From positions 1 through 57,742 of the forward strand of contig CAJWRW010000004.1 of assembly GCA_913046315.1 (NCBI GenBank): a stretch of 57,742 nucleotides of DNA. The letters are read 5' to 3'. This DNA comes from an uncultured Flavobacteriales bacterium (lineage in GTDB: Bacteria; Bacteroidota; Bacteroidia; Flavobacteriales; BACL11). A program made the position numbers and the translations under genes. How positions within the stretch are numbered: position 1 is the stretch's first letter; each line of letters opens with the position of its first letter. This document shows, piece after piece, positions 10,246-20,394 of this stretch. Below the pieces are notes generated by a model, which was not told the origin of the DNA, searched no databases, and was given only the letters and a program-made list of their open reading frames with translations.

Positions 10246-11874
10246 CTATTCTGCAACAATTACCTTTTCTACAAATTCTTGCCTTCCAATATTAACTTTC
10301 AACAAATAAGTTCCTTCCTCATATTTTCTTAAAAAGGAAAGAGATATTTGGTTATTTGTAAATAGCGATAGATTATGAAAAGAACTATTGATTTTACGAC
10401 CTCTAATATCATAAACTTCCATATGCATTGCATCTGAATTAGCAGCATAAACATACAGAAAAGATGTTGCAGAAATTGGATTTGGAACAATAGCAAATAC
10501 AGCTGATTCTTCTGCATTTCTTGGCTCAGTTAATAATAAATCTGCCAAAGCAAAATTAGGCAACCCAAAACCTAAAGAATCATTCGGATTATTATGTAAA
10601 TGCGCACTTTTTATAATTGCATCTATAATTTCCATATTGGTTCGATTAGGATGAGCTTCCCAGAGACAAGCACTTAATCCAGCAACTATTGGAGAAGAAA
10701 AGGAAGTACCATTGCCAGTTAATGTACCATTATCAGAAGTGGCAACTATGGTATTTCTTCCTTGCGCAACTACTGTTGGTTTTACTCTACCATCAAAAGA
10801 TGGGCCATAAGAAGAAAACCAAGCAAAATCAGCATTCTCATCAACTGCTCCTACTGATAAAATACTATCAGCATCAGCAGGTGCACCAATAAAATGCCAA
10901 CTTCCAGATCCAGAGTTTCCTGCAGAATTAACTACAATCATTCCTTTTTGTGCCGCAATGGTAGCAGCAATGCTTACTGGAGCTGTTCTCCCATCCATAT
11001 CAGTATAAGTATGGTTTTGGCATGCATCATCAAAAGTAGTATAGCCCAATGAGGAATTGATAATATCAGCTCCAACACTATCAGCAAACTCTGCTGCACA
11101 AAGCCAATTATACTCCTCAATCAAATTCTCAGAATCTACATCTTCTGTGCGTAATAGCCAAAATGAGGCTTCAGGAGAAGTGCCAATTATTTGTCCTTTA
11201 TTTTCAGATCCCATAGTAGAAAGCACCATCATCCCATGACTATGTTCATCAAAAACATTATTGTTTATTTGAACAAAATCCTTTGTCCCAAGAATTCTAT
11301 TTTCTGCAAACAACTCTTCAAATGCAATCATTTCATCTACTCTGCTAAATCCAGCATCTAAAATAGCGATTAGCTTTCCCGCTCCTTTCAAATCTCTATT
11401 GTGCAAAATATCCCCTTTAAGCATTGCTAATTGATTTAGAGCTGAGCCATAATCTGTTTTTGAGAACTCAAAGTTAAATTTGGAATTTTTCTTTTGACGA
11501 TTCTTATTATTAGTCCAACTTCCAAAATAAAAAACTGAATCAACAAAGGAGAAATTAGTTTCACCAACTAGAAAAGAATCAATTGAAGCAACTACAACTC
11601 CATTAAACCATTTGGAACGATTTAATATTTCAAAACCTAAATTCTGTATACTGTCTGCATACCAAGAATTAATAGGTAGATCCTGAATTTTAATAGGAAT
11701 ATTTTGCTTTTCCCTTCTAATAATTGCTCTATCAGAAAGAAAATCCTCAGGACTAGAAACAGTATAATTAGAGTTGTTTTTATCAGTAAAGGCTATCCAA
11801 TACTTGTATGAAATGGAGTCTTTCTGAGCAAAGGCAGAAACAGAAACAAATAGAATAAAAAAAAGTTTTTGCAT
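10246..11874 (-). CDS. S8 subtilisin-like serine peptidase with T9SS type-A C-terminal domain
   Basis: Signal peptide; AILDAGF (Asp), HGMMVLS (His), SAGNSG, GTSFSSP (Ser); VPNP...YDIRGR...GTYLLKV...KVIV. Confidence 0.92.
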   Translation of the reverse strand: MQKLFFILFVSVSAFAQKDSISYKYWIAFTDKNNSNYTVSSPEDFLSDRAIIRREKQNIPIKIQDLPINSWYADSIQNLGFEILNRSKWFNGVVVASIDSFLVGETNFSFVDSVFYFGSWTNNKNRQKKNSKFNFEFSKTDYGSALNQLAMLKGDILHNRDLKGAGKLIAILDAGFSRVDEMIAFEELFAENRILGTKDFVQINNNVFDEHSHGMMVLSTMGSENKGQIIGTSPEASFWLLRTEDVDSENLIEEYNWLCAAEFADSVGADIINSSLGYTTFDDACQNHTYTDMDGRTAPVSIAATIAAQKGMIVVNSAGNSGSGSWHFIGAPADADSILSVGAVDENADFAWFSSYGPSFDGRVKPTVVAQGRNTIVATSDNGTLTGNGTSFSSPIVAGLSACLWEAHPNRTNMEIIDAIIKSAHLHNNPNDSLGFGLPNFALADLLLTEPRNAEESAVFAIVPNPISATSFLYVYAANSDAMHMEVYDIRGRKINSSFHNLSLFTNNQISLSFLRKYEEGTYLLKVNIGRQEFVEKVIVAE

Positions 11875-11875
11875 A

Positions 11876-12964
11876 CTAGCGCTTCATAATAAAACCACCC
11901 GAAATTAAATCATCACCTTCATATATGGCTGCCGATTGTCCAGGAGCTATACCTTCAACTTTGTTATGAAAGAGTACTTTCAAATTTTTACCATCATTTG
12001 TTATTGTCGCCATTTCACCTCTATGCTTATAACGCACTTTAACCAGACACTCCATCCCATCCTCAATTTTAGCGTATTTTAAGTAATTAACATCCTTTAC
12101 GAACATTTCTTGTTTTTTCAGATCCTCTTTTGTGCCTACTGTCACTGTGTTTTCATCAGGATTAATTCCAACAACATAAGTAGGGGCTTGCCCCAATGAA
12201 ACGCCTAACTTTCTTTGTCCTATAGTATAAAAAGGATAGCCATCATGTGTGCCAATTACATCACCATCAACCGATATAAAATTGCCCCCTTTTACTTTTT
12301 CTTCTAATCCCTTTACTCTTCTTTTTAGAAAACCTCTATAATCATTATCAGGAATAAAGCAGATTTCATAACTTTCATTTTTTTCAGCAAGCGTCTTATA
12401 TCCTCTATCAATAGCCATCTGTTTGATGTCTTTTTTATGGTATTTTCCCATAGGAAAGATGGTTCTTTTCAAGCAATCTTGCCTAACACCCCAAAGCACA
12501 TAGGACTGGTCTTTATTGTCATCCAACCCTTTTGAAACCACATATCTACCATTTTCTTCTCTAACTTGCGCATAATGTCCTGTGGCAATATATTCACACC
12601 CTAGCATATCTGCTCTTTTTAACAGGGCTTCCCATTTGATATGGGTATTGCAAAGCACACAAGGATTTGGCGTTCTTCCAGCAATGTATTCATCAACAAA
12701 ATTATCAATGATATAGTCTCCAAATTCTTCCCTAATATCTAAAATGGTATGCGGAAAACCACAATCAACAGCCAATTTACGGGCATCATTAATAGAATCT
12801 AAACTGCAACAACCCGTCTCTTTCTTGTTCCCTCCAGAACTTGCATAATCCCATGTTTTCATGGTTAAGCCAATTACTTCATAGCCTTGCTCATGCAGAA
12901 TAAGAGAAGCCATGGTACTATCAATACCACCACTCATTGCCATTAAAACTCTTCCTTTACTCAT
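11876..12964 (-). CDS. mnmA: tRNA 2-thiouridine(34) synthase
   Basis: AMSGGIDS, TPNPCVLCN, ATGHYA, KDQSY, YTIGQR, APGQSA. Confidence 0.97.
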   Translation of the reverse strand: MSKGRVLMAMSGGIDSTMASLILHEQGYEVIGLTMKTWDYASSGGNKKETGCCSLDSINDARKLAVDCGFPHTILDIREEFGDYIIDNFVDEYIAGRTPNPCVLCNTHIKWEALLKRADMLGCEYIATGHYAQVREENGRYVVSKGLDDNKDQSYVLWGVRQDCLKRTIFPMGKYHKKDIKQMAIDRGYKTLAEKNESYEICFIPDNDYRGFLKRRVKGLEEKVKGGNFISVDGDVIGTHDGYPFYTIGQRKLGVSLGQAPTYVVGINPDENTVTVGTKEDLKKQEMFVKDVNYLKYAKIEDGMECLVKVRYKHRGEMATITNDGKNLKVLFHNKVEGIAPGQSAAIYEGDDLISGGFIMKR

Positions 12965-13616
12965 TGTAATTTATTATAGTGTCTTGCAATCCTTCTTCTG
13001 AAAAATACAACCACTCTCCTACTCTTAGATTTGCTTTATAAGTTCCCTCAAAATCAACTCTGCCATTTGGATGATAGTAGATATACTTGCCGCTTAAAAC
13101 ACCATCCTCAAAAGAAGTTGACATTAATTTTTGTCCAGAAAGATAAAATTGCTCCCACTTTCCATCTTCAACTCCATTTTCCCAATGTTTAATCTCATAC
13201 AAATTCCCTTCTTCATAAAATGTTTTGCTTGTACCATCTAATTTCCCTTCTTTGTATTGCTCACTTAAAATCAAAATTTCTTCCTCATTATAATAATTCC
13301 AAGTACTGTCTTTAAGCTGATTTACATACAAGCCTGCTATTTTTATTTTTCCTTTCTTATAAAAAATATGTGTTGATGCAGCCCTGCCATTATGAAAAAA
13401 CTCTTGAGTTGTTTTTAATTCCCCACTTTCATAATAGTATTTAAAAATACCATGCTGAATACCACCCTTAAAAGTGCCTTGATACTTTAGATTTCCATTG
13501 TCATGATATTTTTTCCACAAACCTTGCTTTAACCCCTTATCATCTGTTTGATTAATGTTTTGGGTAAAAGAGAAAAAAGGAATAAAAAATAAACAAAAAA
13601 GAATCTTTTTCATCAT
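12957..13616 (-). CDS. MORN-variant repeat (YwqK-like) exported protein
   Basis: Repeated G.W..YY..G.l...G.y..g units; signal peptide. Confidence 0.85.
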   Translation of the reverse strand: MMKKILFCLFFIPFFSFTQNINQTDDKGLKQGLWKKYHDNGNLKYQGTFKGGIQHGIFKYYYESGELKTTQEFFHNGRAASTHIFYKKGKIKIAGLYVNQLKDSTWNYYNEEEILILSEQYKEGKLDGTSKTFYEEGNLYEIKHWENGVEDGKWEQFYLSGQKLMSTSFEDGVLSGKYIYYHPNGRVDFEGTYKANLRVGEWLYFSEEGLQDTIINYNE

Positions 13617-13657
13617 CTAAATTTTTGGCAAATATAGAAAGAAAAGTAGAGAAATTA

Positions 13658-14791
13658 TCAGGACAAATCTATATGTAAAGATTTAATATTTGTAATCATC
13701 TTATCCCAAGAATATTTTGATTTTTCAGCTTTAACACCATTTATAAACTCTTTTTCTTTTTCATTGGAAAAGAAATCGAACAAGCAATCAGAAACGGCCT
13801 TAGTATTTGGCTCACATACATAACCAACTTTATTATGAGGAACAATTTCCTTCAATCCTCCTACATTAGTAACTAGCATGGGTTTTTCAAAGTGATAAGC
13901 AATTTGCGTAACACCACTTTGTGTAGCATTTTTATAGGGCTGGACAATAATATCTGAAGCGCAAAAGTAATTTACTACCTTATCATCAGGAATAAAGTGA
14001 GTATGTAGAATCACTGAATCTTGCAAATTATGTTTTTTAATAATGTCCTCATAAGGTTTGTAATCTTCATAAAACTCTCCTGCAACTATTAGTTTCAAGT
14101 TTTGGTGCTGCAATCTCTTATCCGCAAATGCTTCCAATAAAATATCCAAGCCTTTGTATTTACGAATAATGCCAAAAAAGAGCATGTATTTGTAATTATT
14201 ATCTAAACGTAAACAATTTATAGCTTTCGATTTTGAAATTGCCGTTCCAAAATTATCATATAAAGGGTGAACCCCTAATATTTTCTTTTTAGTCTTGTCG
14301 AATTTATCCAAGTCATTAAAAACACTTTCGGACATTGCTACAAAACCATCAACACTTTTTACAAAATAGGAATTCAACAATTGATCTCCGATCCTTTTCT
14401 CATGTGGAATTAAATTATCAATCACACAAATCACTTTAGTGTGCTTATTGCTTCTTACTATCCTTGCTATAGTGCCTAAACAGGGTGCCATGAAGGGAAT
14501 CCAATATTTTAAAATCAAAATTTCGGGCTTTTGTTTTTTTATTTTTCTGCCAATTTTTATCCAGTTGAAAGGATTAATTGAATTAACCTCTTGGGATATT
14601 TGCAGATCATCTGGCTTATCAGCAGTAGAGTATTGCGATTTTCCAGGAAATAAAAAATTTGGATACTGAAGTGAAAAAGTTCTGATATTCACATCATCAT
14701 TATCGTTTAGAAAAGCCCTAGCAAGACGCTCTGTAAATACAGCAATTCCTCCTCTATAAGGGAATGCTGTGCTTAAAATAGTGACCTTCAT
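13658..14791 (-). CDS. GT4 glycosyltransferase
   Basis: FPYRGGI, FFGIIRKYKG, PYKNATQSGV, VTNVGGLKE. Confidence 0.92.
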   Translation of the reverse strand: MKVTILSTAFPYRGGIAVFTERLARAFLNDNDDVNIRTFSLQYPNFLFPGKSQYSTADKPDDLQISQEVNSINPFNWIKIGRKIKKQKPEILILKYWIPFMAPCLGTIARIVRSNKHTKVICVIDNLIPHEKRIGDQLLNSYFVKSVDGFVAMSESVFNDLDKFDKTKKKILGVHPLYDNFGTAISKSKAINCLRLDNNYKYMLFFGIIRKYKGLDILLEAFADKRLQHQNLKLIVAGEFYEDYKPYEDIIKKHNLQDSVILHTHFIPDDKVVNYFCASDIIVQPYKNATQSGVTQIAYHFEKPMLVTNVGGLKEIVPHNKVGYVCEPNTKAVSDCLFDFFSNEKEKEFINGVKAEKSKYSWDKMITNIKSLHIDLS

Positions 14792-15753
14792 CAGATGCCT
14801 ACTTTTTGCTCTATTTGATAATTATTTCTATCGTTAGCATTTCTTGAAATCATTTCAGCAATAAAGCCTGAAAGAAACAATTGTGCGCCAATTATCATTG
14901 AAGTTAATGCAATGTAAAAACCGGACATGTCAGCAATATTTTTTGAAGAAAAACCCATTAGCATTGCATATAACTTTGCACCTCCAATGTAGGAAAACAA
15001 TCCAAAACCAAGCAAAAACATTAATGTACCAAATACACCAAAAAAATGCATTGGTTTTTTCCCAAAACGAGAGACAAAAGTAATTGTCATTAAATCTAAA
15101 AAACCATTGATAAAGCGCTCCATACCAAATTTAGTCACCCCATACTTTCTAGCCTGATGTTGAACTACTTTTTCTGTAATATTAGAAAAACCTGCCCATT
15201 TGGCAATTACTGGAATATAGCGGTGCATTTCACCCCTTATTTCAATGCGTTTTACCACTGCATTTTTATAGGATTTAAGCCCACAATTAAAGTCGTGCAA
15301 GTAAATTCCAGAGGCTTTTCTTGCTGCCCAATTAAAAAGTTTAGTAGGAATTGTTTTAGATAGTGGATCATATCTTTTTTTCTTCCAACCAGACACCAAA
15401 TCAAAACCGTCTTTTACTATCATATTGTAAAGAACTGGAATTTCATTCGGATTATCTTGCAAATCCGCATCCATAGTGATTACTACATCTCCTTTCGCTT
15501 TAGAAAACCCTACATTCAAACCTGCTGACTTACCATAATTTCTTCTAAATTTTATACCTTTTATATTTGAGTTTTCAGCAGAAAGTTCTGATATCACCTG
15601 CCATGATTTATCATTACTTCCATCGTCAATTAAAATCACTTCATAGGAGAAGTAATTTTCTTGCATCACTTTATCGATAAGTGTGCATAACTCCTGTAAT
15701 GATTCTTCTTCATTAAATAAAGGGATTACAACACTAATATTCATGTTATACAA
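14791..15753 (-). CDS. GT2 polyprenol-phosphate glycosyltransferase (ArnC/DPM-like)
   Basis: VIPLFNEE, IDDGS, RNYGKS, MDADLQD, HDFNCG; two C-terminal TM helices. Confidence 0.92.
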   Translation of the reverse strand: MYNMNISVVIPLFNEEESLQELCTLIDKVMQENYFSYEVILIDDGSNDKSWQVISELSAENSNIKGIKFRRNYGKSAGLNVGFSKAKGDVVITMDADLQDNPNEIPVLYNMIVKDGFDLVSGWKKKRYDPLSKTIPTKLFNWAARKASGIYLHDFNCGLKSYKNAVVKRIEIRGEMHRYIPVIAKWAGFSNITEKVVQHQARKYGVTKFGMERFINGFLDLMTITFVSRFGKKPMHFFGVFGTLMFLLGFGLFSYIGGAKLYAMLMGFSSKNIADMSGFYIALTSMIIGAQLFLSGFIAEMISRNANDRNNYQIEQKVGI

Positions 15754-15754
15754 T

Positions 15755-16267
15755 TTAGTTTGGATTATCTTTTTTAGTAAAAATGGAAATAATTAAAGAA
15801 TAAATAAAACCCATAAAAGTACCGCCCAGAATACCTAAAATCAACATCCAATGAGGTTGTACAAATCTTGCTGTCATTTCCAAACCTAACTCTAACTCCT
15901 CATCTGATATTTCAGGATTAGATTCTAACATGGCTTGTTCGGCTTGTTGAATAATCTCATTCAGTGTGTTAGGCTCAATATAATTGATAAGAATAAATGT
16001 GTAAAAAGCTAGAATCACAGAAGAGAAAAAGGCAATTGATGTGCCTAATTTTAATGAATCTCGATAAGAGATAAAACCATTATTTTCAATATCTCTAAAC
16101 TGTATAATTGAATAAGAAATACCAGCTATAATCAGTCCATTATTAAGTATTGAAGGAACTACTGAGCTATTTTCATCAATTCCAAAAGTCCGCATTACAG
16201 CTGCAACTGCCACCAAGCACAATCCTAAAAATGCTCCATAATTCATTGCAAATTTTCTTGAATTCAT
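15755..16267 (-). CDS. DUF4199 membrane protein
   Basis: Four TM helices, G.ISY...LKLG pattern, SLIISIF.KK end; start ATG 16267. Confidence 0.75.
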   Translation of the reverse strand: MNSRKFAMNYGAFLGLCLVAVAAVMRTFGIDENSSVVPSILNNGLIIAGISYSIIQFRDIENNGFISYRDSLKLGTSIAFFSSVILAFYTFILINYIEPNTLNEIIQQAEQAMLESNPEISDEELELGLEMTARFVQPHWMLILGILGGTFMGFIYSLIISIFTKKDNPN

Positions 16268-16349
16268 TCTTGAAATTTTTAAAATTAAATCAGGCAAAGA
16301 TAAACAAAATAGAATTACAAATTTCCTTATATCATTTTGAGAATAATCT

Positions 16350-16357
16350 TATTTTTG
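16350..16357 (+). promoter_or_regulatory. -7 promoter element of ffs
   Basis: TATTTTTG 7 nt upstream of the SRP RNA stem. Confidence 0.65.
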
Positions 16358-16364
16358 CGCCTCT

Positions 16365-16465
16365 AAGGGCAAGTCTTATACGGCCAGCTCCCTATTAACT
16401 CCCCCAGGACCGGAAGGTAGCAAGGGTATTAGGTTGTAGCGGTGCGATATAAGTAGCTTGCCCTT
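16365..16465 (+). ncRNA. ffs: Signal recognition particle RNA (small bacterial type, 4.5S)
   Basis: Helix-8 motif CAGGACC-GGAA-GGTAGCA; terminal pairing AAGGGCAAG/CTTGCCCTT; GC-rich island in AT-rich DNA. Confidence 0.95.
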
Positions 16466-16471
16466 TCTTTA

Positions 16472-18568
16472 TTAACTGATTCTACTCCAACCGATACGCT
16501 CCTTTGCATAAGGTTTATATGCTCTTGCAAAATTGATATTTTCTGCTTTTACTAATCCATCATCTTCTTCTAATAAATTTTCTGCTTCCTTTCTTGCATA
16601 GGCTAAAATTTTACCATCTTTTATCAAATCTGCAATTTTGAAATTGAGCATGCCGCTTTGTCTTGTGCCCATCATATCTCCTGGGCCTCTTAGTTTTAAA
16701 TCTACTTCCGATATTTTAAACCCATCATTTGTGCTTGCCATGGTTTCCAAACGGATTTTCCCTTCATTACTTATTTTATGTCCTGAAAGCAATATACAAT
16801 AAGATTGTTCTGCTCCTCTACCAACTCTCCCCCTTAACTGATGTAATTGAGAAAGCCCAAAGCGTTCTGCACTTTCTATAAGCATAACGGATGCGTTTGG
16901 TACATCTACTCCCACTTCAATAACGGTAGTGGCCACCATAATGTTTGTAATGCCATCTACAAAGCGTTTCATCTCATACTCTTTATCTTCAGCTTTCATC
17001 CTACCATGAACTACACTCACTTGAAAATCTGGCATTGGAAACTCTCCTAAAATAGCTTTATACCCATCCATCAAATCTTTATAATCTAATTTCTCACTTT
17101 CTTGAATAAGGGGATATACTACGTAAATTTGCCTCCCTATTTCTATTTGTTCTCGCATAAACTTATTAACCCTTAGCCGACTACTATCAGAACGCCAGAG
17201 GGTTTTGACCTCTTTTCTTCCAGGAGGAAGTTCGCCAATTACTGAAACATCTAAATCTCCATAGAGCGTCATGGATAAAGTTCTTGGAATTGGAGTTGCC
17301 GTCATTACCAAAATATGAGGAGGAATTGTATTTTTCTTCCAAAGTTTTGCTCTTTGCGCTACTCCAAATCTGTGCTGCTCATCTATAACGACAAATCCTA
17401 AATTTTTGAAAACTACACTATCTTCCAATAGTGCATGGGTGCCAATTAAAATATCAATAGCTCCATTTTCTAATTCCTCAAGCAAAATTTTTCTTTCTTT
17501 ATTTTTTATAGAGCCTGTGAGTAAAGCAATTTTAACATTCAATTTACTGAGATCAGCAGATAAGTTATTAAAATGTTGCTGAGCTAAAATTTCAGTAGGC
17601 GCCATCATGCACGCTTGATAATTATTATCTACTACCATTAAGATAGAAAGAAGGGCTACTAGTGTTTTTCCACTACCAACATCTCCTTGTAAAAGCCGAT
17701 TCATCTGGACCCTTTTTTTTACATCTGCCCTTATCTCTTTTAATACTTTTTTTTGGGCATTAGTAAGCTCAAATTGCAGAATTTCATCATAATAAGTATT
17801 AAAACTTTTACCTAAAGTTGAAATCTCAAACCCTTTAAGTTTTTTTGTTCTACTAAGTTTCATTTTCAAAAGATGAAATTGTAAAAAGAACAACTCTTCA
17901 AATTTTAATCTTTTTTGTGCCCTTTCTAAACTTTTTAAACCTTTTGGATTGTGAATATTCATTAAAGCTTCTTCCTTATTTGGAAGAACTAGCCTACTTA
18001 AAATATTATCTGATAATGTCTCATCTATCTTCCCAATAATTTGAGGTAGTAATTCTTTTAGCAGCTTATGTATCCCTTTACTGTTTAATCCTTTTGCACT
18101 TAGCTTTTCTGATGAATGATATACCGGTTGTAATGGCGATTTACCAACTTCTTTTGAATCTATTACATCTATCTCAGGATGAACAATATTGATACTGTTT
18201 TGAAATACAGATGGTTTTCCAAAAACCAAATAATCGGTATTGAGTTTTACTGCTTGTTTTATCCACCTAATTCCCTTAAACCAGATAAGCTCTGTTATCC
18301 CGCTTTCATCTTGGAAATGTGCAATTAATCTTTTTGATCTTTTTTGTCCTTTTTCCTCAAAACGAATAATTCTTCCTTTTAACTGAATGTATGGCATCTC
18401 AGTATTCAATGATGATATTTTGTGCAATTTGCTTCGATCTGTATAGCGAAAAGGGTAATAAGTAAGTAAATCTGAAAAAGTAAAAATATTTAACTCTTTA
18501 TTAAGCAAGTCGGCACGCATAGGCCCTACTCCTTTCAAATACGCTATAGGGGTATCTAGAAAATGCAT
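16472..18568 (-). CDS. recG: ATP-dependent DNA helicase RecG
   Basis: QGDVGSGKT, DEQHRFG, MTATPIPRT, QLRGRVGRG, DLKLRGPG. Confidence 0.98.
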   Translation of the reverse strand: MHFLDTPIAYLKGVGPMRADLLNKELNIFTFSDLLTYYPFRYTDRSKLHKISSLNTEMPYIQLKGRIIRFEEKGQKRSKRLIAHFQDESGITELIWFKGIRWIKQAVKLNTDYLVFGKPSVFQNSINIVHPEIDVIDSKEVGKSPLQPVYHSSEKLSAKGLNSKGIHKLLKELLPQIIGKIDETLSDNILSRLVLPNKEEALMNIHNPKGLKSLERAQKRLKFEELFFLQFHLLKMKLSRTKKLKGFEISTLGKSFNTYYDEILQFELTNAQKKVLKEIRADVKKRVQMNRLLQGDVGSGKTLVALLSILMVVDNNYQACMMAPTEILAQQHFNNLSADLSKLNVKIALLTGSIKNKERKILLEELENGAIDILIGTHALLEDSVVFKNLGFVVIDEQHRFGVAQRAKLWKKNTIPPHILVMTATPIPRTLSMTLYGDLDVSVIGELPPGRKEVKTLWRSDSSRLRVNKFMREQIEIGRQIYVVYPLIQESEKLDYKDLMDGYKAILGEFPMPDFQVSVVHGRMKAEDKEYEMKRFVDGITNIMVATTVIEVGVDVPNASVMLIESAERFGLSQLHQLRGRVGRGAEQSYCILLSGHKISNEGKIRLETMASTNDGFKISEVDLKLRGPGDMMGTRQSGMLNFKIADLIKDGKILAYARKEAENLLEEDDGLVKAENINFARAYKPYAKERIGWSRIS

Positions 18569-18607
18569 GGCGTAAAGATAGAAATAGTTGTCAGAAAATT
18601 ATACGCT

Positions 18608-19576
18608 TTACTGCTTAATCAGTAAAAATTCAACTCGACTTGGTTTTATTTTTACAAGCTCTGCAAAAGTGGCTTTTTGATTAACATACACCTCTAATTT
18701 GCTTTTTCCTGCTGTTTGACTTGCATCAACATTCGCAACAAAGAAAGAAGTATTCAACTTATCATAATCATCAAAAGCAACAGTTGTGACAAGAGAAACT
18801 TTTGGTGGGAAAAATTTTATTTTATATCCTTTTGGCACATTTATTGCCTGTAGTGGAAGTTCAACAATTTTTTCAGTAAATTTTTCTACCTCAAAAGAGA
18901 TTTGCAAATTTTGGTCAGCAAAAGACACATCATCTAATTTACTTAATCCAATTGCTGTAGTGATTGCTTTATCTAAATTTTCAAATTCCTTATATTGTGT
19001 TTGAACAGTTGAAATCTGAGCAAGTTTGACTTTTGTTCCGAATACAAAGATACTATCAGGGGAAATTAGAATCTTATCCTTTAAGCGGTATTGCTCAGCA
19101 AAATTGAGTCTACCATTAAACACTATTGGTACTTTTTTGCTATATTTTTGCTGAAAACGCAAAAATAAAGTGTCAGGAAAAACACTTATTATTTTAATAT
19201 CAGAAGAAAGTAATTTATTTAATTGCTGATGATTTTTGTTAGCCACCCAATATTGCTGACTATAACTATCTGCTTTATTTTCAGCAAGTGTATTTGCAGA
19301 AACACTCAATGATTTACTTTTGAACAGATTATTGCTAAGCAAGTAAAATCCAGGTGACTTAACGGTGACTTTTAGATTGTCTTGCGGAGTATTTATAAGC
19401 TGTTTGCTCTTGGGAAGATTAATATATTCTATTGGAATTGTAAGTGTTGTTTGGTATTGCTTACTCATAATGGTAAGAAACCAAAACATAAAAGCAACAA
19501 GCAAAAAAATAAGGTACTTACTCAGCCTTTTGTTCAAATGCAAGAATATTGTTATTCGCTTAAATAACGCTTGCAT
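18608..19576 (-). CDS. YbbR/CdaR-like membrane-anchored protein
   Basis: N-terminal TM FLLVAFMFWFL followed by beta-rich repeats (IPIEYINLP, KKVPI, P.SI.V.G, FFPPKV). Confidence 0.75.
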   Translation of the reverse strand: MQALFKRITIFLHLNKRLSKYLIFLLVAFMFWFLTIMSKQYQTTLTIPIEYINLPKSKQLINTPQDNLKVTVKSPGFYLLSNNLFKSKSLSVSANTLAENKADSYSQQYWVANKNHQQLNKLLSSDIKIISVFPDTLFLRFQQKYSKKVPIVFNGRLNFAEQYRLKDKILISPDSIFVFGTKVKLAQISTVQTQYKEFENLDKAITTAIGLSKLDDVSFADQNLQISFEVEKFTEKIVELPLQAINVPKGYKIKFFPPKVSLVTTVAFDDYDKLNTSFFVANVDASQTAGKSKLEVYVNQKATFAELVKIKPSRVEFLLIKQ

Positions 19577-19587
19577 AATTTACATAT

Positions 19588-19878
19588 TTAGTTTTGTATT
19601 TCAGTTGTGGAATGCATAGAAATAGCAGACCTTTCAACTTTTAGTTTTCCACCATTATGCACATCTAAAACTAGTGTAGCTTGGCTAAGTTCTGAAATTT
19701 TTCCATGTATTCCTCCTATTGTAACTACTTTATCACCAAACTTTAAGGCTTGCCTAAAAGCTGCTTCATTTTTTTGTTTCTTTATTTGAGGTCGAATCAT
19801 AAAGAAATACATTACTGCAAAAATAAGCATAAAGAAAATAAGTGTTGTACCGCCTGCAGCTGCTTCTAATAATATCAT
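19588..19878 (-). CDS. yajC: Preprotein translocase subunit YajC
   Basis: YFFMIRPQ.KKQK, GDKVVTIGGIHGKI. Confidence 0.96.
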   Translation of the reverse strand: MILLEAAAGGTTLIFFMLIFAVMYFFMIRPQIKKQKNEAAFRQALKFGDKVVTIGGIHGKISELSQATLVLDVHNGGKLKVERSAISMHSTTEIQN

Positions 19879-19884
19879 AATAAT

Positions 19885-20370
19885 TTATTGTTTTACTGGA
19901 ATAATTACATTTCCAGTTATAGTTAATACTGTGGTATTCGGAATCGCATTTGTTACCAAAGTTACTGTTTTTTGTTGCTTACCCTGCCTGTTATTACTAT
20001 TAAAGGTAACTTTTATTTCTCCTTTCTCACCAGCAGCAATTGGTTTTTTTGGCCATTTTGGCACAGTACAACCACAGCTACCCTTTGCATTACTAATAAG
20101 CAAATCGCCTTTACCTGTATTGGTAAAAGTAAAATTATAAGAAACGGATTCCCCTTGAGTAATCTCACCAAAATTATGTCTTATTTTTTCAAAGGTTAAC
20201 GTAGGAAGTAACCCTTCTTTAGCCTCAGCACTTGCTGTGTTTGGATTATTTACAATGCTTACTGGAATGCGTTCTGCTTTTTTCTTTTCAACTTCCACCT
20301 TTTTTGCAATATTATCACATCCAGAACTTACTAATATAAATAGGATTAAGAGTATGCTTATTTTTCTCAT
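19885..20370 (-). CDS. DUF1573 lipoprotein
   Basis: Lipobox SSGC; FTNTG..L.I...GSCGCT.P. Confidence 0.9.
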   Translation of the reverse strand: MRKISILLILFILVSSGCDNIAKKVEVEKKKAERIPVSIVNNPNTASAEAKEGLLPTLTFEKIRHNFGEITQGESVSYNFTFTNTGKGDLLISNAKGSCGCTVPKWPKKPIAAGEKGEIKVTFNSNNRQGKQQKTVTLVTNAIPNTTVLTITGNVIIPVKQ

Positions 20371-20394
20371 TTCAATTTTTTACAAATTTATAAA

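Noticed and set aside
12957-13616. Toxin-antitoxin system suggested by the YwqK-like label
   Set aside because: MORN-variant repeat exported protein with no adjacent toxin; common in Bacteroidota next to mnmA
16150-16398. 82-aa plus-strand ORF
   Set aside because: Overlaps the DUF4199 gene in antisense and runs into the SRP RNA
19569-19596. dif-like sequence (TTGCATAA...)
   Set aside because: Only the left arm resembles dif; the XerD arm TTATGTTAAA is absent and the site overlaps a start codon
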